Assembly (NCBI GenBank): GCA_947595925.1
Contig: CANQEV010000006.1
Location: 12,220-76,219 of the forward strand
Direction: 5' to 3'
Source: an uncultured Acetatifactor sp.
Lineage (GTDB): Bacteria > Bacillota > Clostridia > Lachnospirales > Lachnospiraceae
Length of the DNA: 64,000 nucleotides
This document shows, piece by piece, positions 49,181 to 57,267 of the stretch. A model generated the notes under the pieces. It searched no databases, was not told the DNA's origin, and saw only the letters and a list, made by a program, of their open reading frames with translations. Position 1 is the stretch's first letter; every line of letters starts with the position of its first letter. Both the position numbers and the translations under genes were made by a program.

Positions 49181-51718
49181 ATGGAAAATAAACTGTATAA
49201 GCTGATGAACTGGCCTTTGATCGAAGAGATCGTCTACTCGGAGAGCGGCGATCCCCACGCCGTACTTGGACCTCATAAAGCGGGAAGCCAGACTCTTGTG
49301 CAGGCGTTTTTTCCGGAGGCAAAGGAAGTGATCCTGTACTGGATCCGAAAAGAGAAAGACAAGACGACGGGAAAAACATCCGATTTTTCTTATGACGCCA
49401 AGATGGAGCAGGCGGATGAGGCGGGGTTTTTCGCCGCCCTGATCCCCGGGAAAAAACCGGACTCCTACTGGTTTCAGGTATGCTATGGGGACGGAACGGA
49501 GAAAAAAGTGATCGATCCCTATCAGTTCGCGCCGGTGATCACAAAGGAGGATACCGACAAGTTCCAGAACGGGATCCATTACACCATCTATGAAAAGCTG
49601 GGCGCTCATCCCATGGACGTCGGCCGGACGGAGGGCGTACACTTCGCCGTGTGGGCACCGAACGCCCTGCGGGTCAGCGTGGTGGGAGATTTTAACGGCT
49701 GGGACGGCAGGGTTCATCAGATGCGCCGTCTCTGGGACAGCGGGATTTTTGAGATCTTTATCCCCGGAGTGCCCTTGGGATCCAACTATAAATTCGAGAT
49801 CAAGTTAAAGAGCGGGCTGACCTTCCTGAAGGCGGATCCCTACGGAAATGCCGCCCAGCTCCGCCCGGAGACCGCCTCTGTGGTGACGGATCTCAATGAC
49901 TTCAAGTGGGAGGATCAGGAGTTCCTGAAGGGGAGGGAGGCTTTTCAGAAAGGGAACGCCCCTGTCAGCGTCTATGAAATGTATCTTGGCTCCATGATAG
50001 AGAGACAGGACAAGGAGACCTTCGCCAATTATCGGGAGATCGCTCCGAAAGTCATCGCCTATGTGAAGGAGATGGGGTACACCCATGTGGAACTCATGCC
50101 GGTGATGGAACATCCCCTGGACGGTTCCTGGGGCTATCAGGTGATCGGGTATTATGCGCCAACCGCGCGCTATGGGTCGCCAGAGGATTTCATGTTTTTT
50201 GTGAACGAGCTTCACAAAGCGGGGATCGGTGTGATCCTGGACTGGGTTCCCGCCCATTTCCCCAGGGATGTTTACGGTTTGAGCAATTTTGACGGCACCT
50301 GTCTCTACGAGCATCAGGATCCTCGACAGGGCTTTCATCCTCACTGGGGCACGCTGATCTACAATTACGGGAGACCCCAGGTATCGAATTATCTGATCGC
50401 CAACGCGCTGTTCTGGGTGGAGAAGTACCACGCGGACGGCATCCGCATGGACGCGGTGGCAAGCATGCTCTATCTGGACTATGGGAAGCAGGACGGGGAG
50501 TGGGTGCCCAACATCTACGGCGGCAAGGAAAATCTGGAGGCCATCGAGATGATCAAACATCTGAATTCCGTCTTGAAAAAGCGGGATCCCGGCGTTTTGT
50601 CCATCGCGGAGGAGAGCACGGCCTTTCCCTTGGTTACCGGAGAGCTGGATAAGGACGGACTGGGTTTCGACTATAAGTGGAACATGGGCTTTATGAACGA
50701 TTATATCAACTATATCAAGTTCGATCCCTATTTCCGCGCCCATCATCACGGGGAACTTACTTTCAGCATGATTTATGCCTACACGGAAAAGTTCATGCTG
50801 GTGTTCTCCCATGACGAGGTGGTTCACGGCAAAGCTACCATGATCGGCAAGATGCCGGGCACCCGCGAACAGAAGTTTGCAAATCTGAGACTGTCCTACG
50901 CCTATATGACGACTCACCCCGGGAAAAAGCTCCTGTTCATGGGTCAGGATCTTGCGGAATTTGACGAGTGGAACGAGGAGCGCAGTGTGGAATGGGAACT
51001 CTTAAACGTGCCGGAGCACCGGGGCGTGGCGGAGCTTGTCAAGGCGCTGAATCACCTCTATACGAAAAATGCGGCGCTCTATGAGCTGGACGACTCCCCG
51101 GAGGGCTTTGAATGGATCAACAATATCTCCGCGGAGGACTGTTACCTCACCTATGCGAGAAGGGGCCGTCTGGAGGACGAGATCCTTCTTGTGGCGGCGA
51201 ATTTCTCCGGCGTGGAGAGGGAGATCACCACGGGAGTGCCAAGGCCCGGAAAGTACCGGGAGATCCTAAATACGGATGAAAAGCGCTTTGGCGGCTCCGG
51301 GACCGTCAATGCGAAGACGATCTTCTCTGAGGAAAAGGAGTGGGACGACAGGGCGGAATCCCTGACGGTGAAGCTTGCCCCCACAAGTCTCAGCATCCTT
51401 TCTTATACGCCGTTTACCAGGGCGGACTTAAAGAGGCGGGAGGAGTTAAAGGCGCTGAAGGCCGCGCAGGAGGCGGAGCGTCTGGCAAAGGAGGCGGAAA
51501 CCGCCGCGCTGGAGAAAGCGAAGGCCGCCGAGGAGAACGCGGAGCGCCTGGCAAAGGAGGCGGAGGCCGCCCATTTGGAGGCTGAAAAGGCCCGGAAAGC
51601 GGCGGAAAAAGCTGCCAGGGTTACACGCCTGGCTGCGGCGCAGGTCGAGGCCGAGAGCGAAAAGCTGGCCGGGCAGAAGAAGGCAAAGGCGGAGAGCCGT
51701 AAGCGGAACAGCCGGTGA
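49181..51718 (+). CDS. glgB: 1,4-alpha-glucan branching enzyme with an A/E/K-rich C-terminal extension
   Basis: GH13 motifs DWVPAHF, GIRMDAV, AEES and SHDEV. The last ~100 aa are predicted coiled-coil-like. Confidence 0.93.
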   Translation: MENKLYKLMNWPLIEEIVYSESGDPHAVLGPHKAGSQTLVQAFFPEAKEVILYWIRKEKDKTTGKTSDFSYDAKMEQADEAGFFAALIPGKKPDSYWFQVCYGDGTEKKVIDPYQFAPVITKEDTDKFQNGIHYTIYEKLGAHPMDVGRTEGVHFAVWAPNALRVSVVGDFNGWDGRVHQMRRLWDSGIFEIFIPGVPLGSNYKFEIKLKSGLTFLKADPYGNAAQLRPETASVVTDLNDFKWEDQEFLKGREAFQKGNAPVSVYEMYLGSMIERQDKETFANYREIAPKVIAYVKEMGYTHVELMPVMEHPLDGSWGYQVIGYYAPTARYGSPEDFMFFVNELHKAGIGVILDWVPAHFPRDVYGLSNFDGTCLYEHQDPRQGFHPHWGTLIYNYGRPQVSNYLIANALFWVEKYHADGIRMDAVASMLYLDYGKQDGEWVPNIYGGKENLEAIEMIKHLNSVLKKRDPGVLSIAEESTAFPLVTGELDKDGLGFDYKWNMGFMNDYINYIKFDPYFRAHHHGELTFSMIYAYTEKFMLVFSHDEVVHGKATMIGKMPGTREQKFANLRLSYAYMTTHPGKKLLFMGQDLAEFDEWNEERSVEWELLNVPEHRGVAELVKALNHLYTKNAALYELDDSPEGFEWINNISAEDCYLTYARRGRLEDEILLVAANFSGVEREITTGVPRPGKYREILNTDEKRFGGSGTVNAKTIFSEEKEWDDRAESLTVKLAPTSLSILSYTPFTRADLKRREELKALKAAQEAERLAKEAETAALEKAKAAEENAERLAKEAEAAHLEAEKARKAAEKAARVTRLAAAQVEAESEKLAGQKKAKAESRKRNSR

Positions 51719-51755
51719 AACGACTTATGATTCGGCAGGGAAAGGATAAATTGTA

Positions 51756-52604
51756 ATGAAAGGCATATCAAAAGAAGAGCTGGATATCTTTTTTACCACC
51801 GGGGTTTCCGGAGCGGTCACCAGTTTGGTCCTCCGGATCCTGGTTACGATCCTGATTTTTGTGATCGGCGCACAGCTCATTAAATTGCTGCGCAGGATCC
51901 TGCAGAAATCATTGGAGAGGGCTCACGTGGAAAAAGGGGTCATGACCTTTGTGGACTCGTTTGTCAAGGCCGCGCTCTATGTGGTGCTGATCTTCATCAT
52001 CGCCTCGCGCCTCGGGGTGGACGCCGCAAGCATCGTGGCTATCCTGGGAAGCGCCGGCGTAGCCATCGGCCTTGCCGTGCAGGGGAGCCTTTCCAACCTG
52101 GCGGGCGGCGTGCTGATCCTGCTCCTGAAACCGTTTAAGGTGGGAGATTATATCGTCGACTCCGCGGGGAGGGAGGGGACTGTCTCGGATATCCAGATCT
52201 TTTACACGAGACTTCGCACCTTTGACAATAAGGTGGTTATCCTGCCAAACGGAAACCTTGCCAACGGCAGCATTGTCAATGTGACTGCGGAAAAGATCCG
52301 GCGTCTGGATGTGTCCGTCCAGGTTTCTTATCAGAGCGATCTTCTGCAGGCCAAAAAGGTTTTGCTGGAGATGCTGCGGGAGAACCAATACAGCTTGAAA
52401 GACAAAGAGATGGTCGTCTTTGTGGATGAGCTGCAGGACAGCGGCGTGGCCCTGGGGGTTCGCTGCTGGGTGGATGGCGCCGATTACTGGTCTGCTAAAT
52501 GGGATGTGACGGAGAAGTGCAAGCTGACCCTGGATGCCAATCACATAGAGATTCCCTTCCCGCAGGTGGACGTGCATTTGGACAGAGCCTCCCGGGAAAG
52601 TTAA
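51756..52604 (+). CDS. Mechanosensitive ion channel, MscS family
   Basis: The pore-helix region ILGSAGVAIGLAVQGSLSNLAGGVLILLLKPFKVGD, followed by a beta domain. Confidence 0.88.
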   Translation: MKGISKEELDIFFTTGVSGAVTSLVLRILVTILIFVIGAQLIKLLRRILQKSLERAHVEKGVMTFVDSFVKAALYVVLIFIIASRLGVDAASIVAILGSAGVAIGLAVQGSLSNLAGGVLILLLKPFKVGDYIVDSAGREGTVSDIQIFYTRLRTFDNKVVILPNGNLANGSIVNVTAEKIRRLDVSVQVSYQSDLLQAKKVLLEMLRENQYSLKDKEMVVFVDELQDSGVALGVRCWVDGADYWSAKWDVTEKCKLTLDANHIEIPFPQVDVHLDRASRES

Positions 52605-52612
52605 ATTTAAGG

Positions 52613-52778
52613 GTTCCGTCCCTGGGGATGCCAGTTCAGCCCGCGCCATTCGCAAAGCCGCGCTGACGCGCTTACCGCTGGTTCGGGGGTGTCGTTGCCT
52701 GTGGGATGAGTGTTCCGTCCCTGGGGTGGCAGTTCAGCCCGCGCCATTCGCAAAGCCGCGCTGACGCGCTTACCGCTG
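52613..52778 (+). repeat. Tandem direct repeat, two units of 68 and 67 bp with a 99-bp period
   Basis: Unit A (52613-52680) and unit B (52712-52778) are identical except around GGGGATGCCAG versus GGGGTGGCAG. Each unit contains the hairpin AAGCCGCG-CTGA-CGCGCTT. Confidence 0.85.
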
Positions 52779-52834
52779 CTGACGCAGCTGTCTTTGCTCA
52801 TAAGATGGCGTTCCCTCAGCCGCGCGTGTTCGGC

Positions 52835-52860
52835 AAAAATCCGTGCAAGCACGATTTTTG
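52835..52860. terminator. Hairpin flanked by an A-tract and a T-tract (possible mscS terminator)
   Basis: AAAAATCCGTG (52835-52845), loop CAAG, CACGATTTTT (52850-52859), with one bulged C. Confidence 0.4.
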
Positions 52861-52903
52861 TCCGAATCACGGCGGCTGGCTGAACTGGTGTTTTAAAAAG
52901 TAG

Positions 52904-52932
52904 TTGCATTTTTCGGAAATACCAAGTATAAT
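52904..52932 (+). promoter_or_regulatory. SigA-type promoter for tRNA-Thr
   Basis: TTGCAT (52904-52909), 17-nt spacer, TATAAT (52927-52932). Confidence 0.6.
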
Positions 52933-52963
52933 ATCCCTTGGTTGCCGATAGGCAAGCCGTTAA

Positions 52964-53036
52964 GCTGAAATAGCTCAGTTGGTAGAGCGCTTCACTCGTA
53001 ATGAAGAGGTCGTGGGTTCGAGTCCCATTTTCAGCT
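52964..53036 (+). tRNA. tRNA-Thr (anticodon CGT)
   Basis: Acceptor GCTGAAA/TTTCAGC, D arm GCTC-AGTTGGTA-GAGC, anticodon stem CTTCA/TGAAG with loop CT-CGT-AA, and T loop TTCGAGT. A T-run follows. Confidence 0.9.
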
Positions 53037-53152
53037 TTTTTTGTTGTCTTTTTTTAAGCGGCGCACCCCGAAAGACGAGAGCGGGACCTGGGACACCGGA
53101 GGGCAGGAGGATGGCGGTCGGCTGTTTCCTGAGCGGTATATTTTGAAATTGT

Positions 53153-53181
53153 TTTGACATATATCCCGGAATTTGATATAC
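53153..53181 (+). promoter_or_regulatory. SigA-type promoter
   Basis: TTGACA (53153-53158), 17-nt spacer, TATACT (53176-53181). Confidence 0.5.
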
Positions 53182-53229
53182 TTAAATTGTTTCTCGTCAA
53201 CTGTTTTTTATGTCAAAAGGAGGGTTTAC

Positions 53230-54420
53230 ATGTCTATTCCAGGTTTAGATTCCATTTTATCTGCGATCCCTAACTTTCTGTTAGCGATCCTGTGGCTGAT
53301 TGTTGCCTTCGTCATTGCGGCGATCGCAAAGGGAGCGATCACAAAGCTGCTGAAAGCCATCAAGGCGGAGCAGTATCTGGCAAAGTTTGGCGTCAAGGAC
53401 GGGACGACCAACACCGCCATCGGATTTGTGGGGAAGCTTGTTTATTTCATCGTGTTCCTTTGGTTCCTTCCCGGCGCTTTGAACAGGCTGGGCCTGAACA
53501 GCATTTCTTCGCCGATTACGGAACTGGTGAATTCCTTCCTGTCCATCGTTCCCAATATCGTTGCCGCAGTTGTGATCGTTATGGTTGGCCTCTTTGTCGC
53601 AAAGCTGGTCAAGGATCTTCTGATCCCGATCCTGAAGGCGCTGAAGATTGACACGCTGCAGGAAAAGGCGGGCGTACAGGCTTCCGAGAACAGCAGTTTT
53701 TCCACTGTGATCGCGAATATCGTTTACGCGCTGATCGTTCTTGTCGTGATCTCCGCGGCCCTGTCCCAGCTCGGCATTTCCGCGATCTACGCTCCTGCAA
53801 ATCAGATCGTCTCCGCAATCTTTAATGCGATCCCTTCGATCCTCTGCGCGATCCTGATCATCGCCATCGGCGTGTTTATCGCAAAACTGGTCTCCACGGC
53901 TCTTGGTTCCGTTCTTGCCAGCGTCGGCGCGGACAAGCTTACGGAGAAGGTTACCGGCGTCAGCTCCAAGGTTTCTCTCTCTAAGGCCATCGCTGCAATC
54001 GTGAAATATGTGATCGTAATTATCGTGATCGTACAGGGCGTGAACGTTCTGGGTCTGCCGGTACTCACCAACATTGGCAGCGCCATCATTTCTTATATGC
54101 CCGCCGCACTCAGCGCGGTGATCGTGATTGCCATCGCTTTGTTCTGCGCGAATACTGCGGAGAGCCTGATCGTGAAGAAATTCCCCAAGGCAAAGGGGGC
54201 TGCTCTGGCTGCAAAGATCGCCATTTATGTGGTAGCGGCATTTATCTCCTTGAGCCAGCTGAACATCGCCGCAAAGATCGTGGACACCACGTTCCTTCTT
54301 GTGGTAGCCGCTCTGTGTGTGGCTTTTGCCATTGCTTTCGGCGTTGGCGGACGCAATTTTGCTCAGAACGTCTTAAAGAAGCTGGAGGATAAGATCGACA
54401 GCATCGAGAAGTCTGAGTAA
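53230..54420 (+). CDS. Membrane protein built from repeated TM-helix pairs (conserved TM helix repeat, as in N-terminal regions of some MscS-family proteins)
   Basis: About 4-5 internal repeats of the pattern IPxI..A..I...G.FIAKLV. RBS AAGGAGGG precedes the ATG at 53230. Confidence 0.7.
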   Translation: MSIPGLDSILSAIPNFLLAILWLIVAFVIAAIAKGAITKLLKAIKAEQYLAKFGVKDGTTNTAIGFVGKLVYFIVFLWFLPGALNRLGLNSISSPITELVNSFLSIVPNIVAAVVIVMVGLFVAKLVKDLLIPILKALKIDTLQEKAGVQASENSSFSTVIANIVYALIVLVVISAALSQLGISAIYAPANQIVSAIFNAIPSILCAILIIAIGVFIAKLVSTALGSVLASVGADKLTEKVTGVSSKVSLSKAIAAIVKYVIVIIVIVQGVNVLGLPVLTNIGSAIISYMPAALSAVIVIAIALFCANTAESLIVKKFPKAKGAALAAKIAIYVVAAFISLSQLNIAAKIVDTTFLLVVAALCVAFAIAFGVGGRNFAQNVLKKLEDKIDSIEKSE

Positions 54421-54472
54421 GGTTTAGATTTTTTGCATGGCACTGTCCAGCCATTTTTGAAATCTGAAGACG

Positions 54473-54540
54473 ATCCCGCGTATATTGCGCAGCGAACTTT
54501 TCTTTCGGACTGCGGAAATACGCGGGATTTTCCTTTCTTT
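54473..54540 (+). terminator. Long hairpin terminator
   Basis: ATCCCGCGTAT (54473-54483) pairs with ATACGCGGGAT (54518-54528), with an inner CGCAG/CTGCG stem, followed by TTTCCTTTCTTTT. Confidence 0.5.
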
Positions 54541-54542
54541 TA

Positions 54543-54571
54543 TTGCAATCCGGGGACGCATGTGGTATTAT
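54543..54571 (+). promoter_or_regulatory. Extended -10 promoter upstream of argH
   Basis: TTGCAA (54543-54548), 17-nt spacer, TGgTATTAT (54563-54571). Confidence 0.5.
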
Positions 54572-54629
54572 GAAATTTAAACTGGATTCAATTATGAGCT
54601 AGTGTGCAGAGCAGCAAGAGGAGAGCGAT

Positions 54630-56012
54630 ATGGCACAGTTATGGGGAGGGCGCTTTACCAAGGAGACCGATCAGGCCGTCTATGATTTCAACGCGTCCAT
54701 TACATTCGATAAACGCCTGATCCGGCAGGATATCGCCGGGAGCCAGGCCCATGTAAAGATGCTGGCAAAACAGGGTATCCTGACAGAGGAGGAGGCCCGA
54801 AAGATCGATGAAGAACTGGAGGCGATCCTGGGCGATGTCCTTTCCGGCCGGCTGGAGATTACGGGCCAGTATGAAGACGTACATAGCTTTGTGGAGGCAA
54901 ACCTGATCCGGCGCATCGGGGATGTGGGAAAGAAGCTTCACACCGGACGGAGCCGGAACGATCAGGTTGCCCTGGATATGAGACTTTATATCCGGGAGCA
55001 GGTGGACGAAACGGACGCCGGGCTGAAAAAACTGCTTCAGGTGATTCTGGGGACCATGGAGGAAAACCTGGAGACTTATATGCCGGGATTCACTCATCTG
55101 CAGAAGGCCCAGCCCACGACACTGGCCCATCACTACGGCGCTTATTTTGAAATGTTCAAGCGGGACCGCCAAAGGATGGCGGACATCCGAAAGCGGATGA
55201 ATTATTGCCCCCTGGGCGCGGGAGCGATGGCGGGGACCACTTATCCCCTGGACCGGGAGTACACGGCTCAGCTCCTTGGCTTTGACGGCCCGACCTTAAA
55301 CAGCATGGATTCCGTCTCGGACCGGGATTATCTGATCGAGTTCCTGGCGGCGCTCTCCACGGTGATGATGCATCTGAGCCGTTTCTGCGAAGAGATTATT
55401 CTGTGGAATTCCAACGAATATCAGTTTGTGGAGATCGACGATACTTTCTCCACCGGGAGCAGCATCATGCCCCAGAAAAAGAATCCGGATATCGCGGAGC
55501 TCGTGCGGGGGAAGACCGGCCGGGTGTACGGCGCGCTGATGAGCCTTCTGACTACCATGAAGGGGATTCCCCTTGCATACAATAAAGATATGCAGGAGGA
55601 CAAGGAGGTTTCCTTCGACGCCATTGATACCGTCACAAGCTGCCTTTCTCTATTTACGGGGATGCTGGAGACCATGAAGTTTCATAAAGACCGCATGGCG
55701 GCCAGCGCCATGAACGGCTTTACGAACGCCACGGACGCGGCGGACTATCTGGTGGGAAAGGGAGTGCCCTTCCGGGACGCCCATGGCATCGTAGGGCGGC
55801 TGGTGCTGTACTGCATCGAACAGGGAACTTCCATCGAAAAGCTCTCCCTTGAAGAACTCCAGGGGATCAGCGACAAGTTTCAGGAGGATATTTATGACGC
55901 CGTCTCCTTAAAGACCTGCGTGGAAAAGCGACTTACCATAGGCGCTCCCGGACGGGAGGCCATGGAGAAGGTGATCGCCCTGCACCATAGGTATCTGGAC
56001 GGGGAGTCCTAA
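54630..56012 (+). CDS. argH: Argininosuccinate lyase
   Basis: LWGGRF, GRSRNDQV and the signature GSSIMPQKKNPD. Confidence 0.95.
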   Translation: MAQLWGGRFTKETDQAVYDFNASITFDKRLIRQDIAGSQAHVKMLAKQGILTEEEARKIDEELEAILGDVLSGRLEITGQYEDVHSFVEANLIRRIGDVGKKLHTGRSRNDQVALDMRLYIREQVDETDAGLKKLLQVILGTMEENLETYMPGFTHLQKAQPTTLAHHYGAYFEMFKRDRQRMADIRKRMNYCPLGAGAMAGTTYPLDREYTAQLLGFDGPTLNSMDSVSDRDYLIEFLAALSTVMMHLSRFCEEIILWNSNEYQFVEIDDTFSTGSSIMPQKKNPDIAELVRGKTGRVYGALMSLLTTMKGIPLAYNKDMQEDKEVSFDAIDTVTSCLSLFTGMLETMKFHKDRMAASAMNGFTNATDAADYLVGKGVPFRDAHGIVGRLVLYCIEQGTSIEKLSLEELQGISDKFQEDIYDAVSLKTCVEKRLTIGAPGREAMEKVIALHHRYLDGES

Positions 56013-56055
56013 GACTGGAAAGAAATACTATTTTATCATAAAGGAGTAAAAGATT

Positions 56056-57141
56056 ATGAGTGAAAAATTGAAAGTAGGCATACTTGGCGGGACCGGCATG
56101 GTGGGACAGAGGTTTATCTCCCTTCTGGAGAATCATCCCTGGTTTGAGGTGACGACCATTGCCGCCAGCCCCAGGTCCGCGGGAAAGACTTATGAGGAGG
56201 CCGTGGGAGACCGCTGGAAGATGAGCACTCCCATGCCGGAAGCGGTAAAGAAGATCGTGGTCATGAACGTGAACGAGGTGGAGAAGGTTGCCTCCCAGGT
56301 GGATTTCGTGTTCAGCGCGGTGGATATGTCCAAGGAAGAGATCAAGAAGATCGAAGAGGCGTACGCGAAGACGGAGACGCCCGTGGTCTCCAACAACAGC
56401 GCACACCGCTGGACCCCGGACGTTCCCATGATGATCCCCGAGATCAATCCCCAGCATGCGGAGGTGATCGAGTTTCAGAAAAAGCGTCTCGGCACAAAGA
56501 GAGGTTTTATCGCGGTAAAGCCAAACTGCTCCATCCAGAGTTACGCCCCGGTGCTCACGGCCTGGAGGGAGTTCGAACCCTACGAGGTTGTGGTGACCAC
56601 TTATCAGGCAATCTCCGGTGCCGGAAAGACTTTTAAGGACTGGCCGGAGATGGAGGGAAATATCATCCCCTACATCGGGGGGGAGGAAGAAAAGAGCGAG
56701 AAGGAACCCTTGCGTCTCTGGGGAGAGATCCGGGACGGTCAGATCGTTCCGGCGGAGAGCCCCGTGATCACAAGCCAGTGCATCCGCGTCCCCGTGCTGA
56801 ACGGACATACCGCGGCCGTGTTTGTAAAGTTTCGGAAGAAACCCACGAAGGAGCAGCTCATCGAGAAGCTTGTGCAGTTCTCCGGCGTTCCCCAGGAGCT
56901 GGAGCTCCCCAGCGCTCCGAAGCAGTTCATTCAGTACCTGGAAGAGGACAACAGGCCCCAGGTGACTCTGGACGTGGACTATGAGAACGGTATGGGCATC
57001 AGCATCGGCAGGCTGCGGGAGGACACGGTCTACGATTGGAAATTTGTCGGTCTCTCCCACAACACGGTGAGGGGCGCAGCCGGCGGAGCCGTTCTCTGCG
57101 CGGAGCTCCTGAAAGCAAAGGGGTATATCTCGAAGAAATAA
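56056..57141 (+). CDS. asd: Aspartate-semialdehyde dehydrogenase
   Basis: GGTGMVGQR NAD fold, the active-site region KPNCSIQS, 361 aa. Confidence 0.93.
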   Translation: MSEKLKVGILGGTGMVGQRFISLLENHPWFEVTTIAASPRSAGKTYEEAVGDRWKMSTPMPEAVKKIVVMNVNEVEKVASQVDFVFSAVDMSKEEIKKIEEAYAKTETPVVSNNSAHRWTPDVPMMIPEINPQHAEVIEFQKKRLGTKRGFIAVKPNCSIQSYAPVLTAWREFEPYEVVVTTYQAISGAGKTFKDWPEMEGNIIPYIGGEEEKSEKEPLRLWGEIRDGQIVPAESPVITSQCIRVPVLNGHTAAVFVKFRKKPTKEQLIEKLVQFSGVPQELELPSAPKQFIQYLEEDNRPQVTLDVDYENGMGISIGRLREDTVYDWKFVGLSHNTVRGAAGGAVLCAELLKAKGYISKK

Positions 57142-57267
57142 CGGACTTGCCAGGCTGTACTGCCTGATCTGTCTGATCTGCGGGGAGAACGCCTCAGCGC
57201 GTGTTTCCCCGCAAATTATGTCGTCTTGGAATGTGCGGTTATCGCATGTCATCGTCGGGGTTGTAAT

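Noticed and set aside
52613-52778. Possible CRISPR array
   Set aside because: There are only two copies. The repeat (68 bp) is longer than the interval (31 bp), and no cas genes or leader are present.
52607-52909. 100-aa minus-strand and 65-aa plus-strand ORFs across the tandem-repeat region
   Set aside because: They overlap each other on opposite strands, have no RBS, and their sequence merely reflects the repeat units. The region is treated as non-coding repeat.
54571-54598. Possible ArgR operator (ARG box) between the argH promoter and start: TGAAATTTAAACTGGATTCAATTATGAG
   Set aside because: Only half-site-like fragments (TGAAAT, ATTCAAT) are present, and no convincing 18-bp TGAAT-N4-ATTCA palindrome. 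This is too weak to call.
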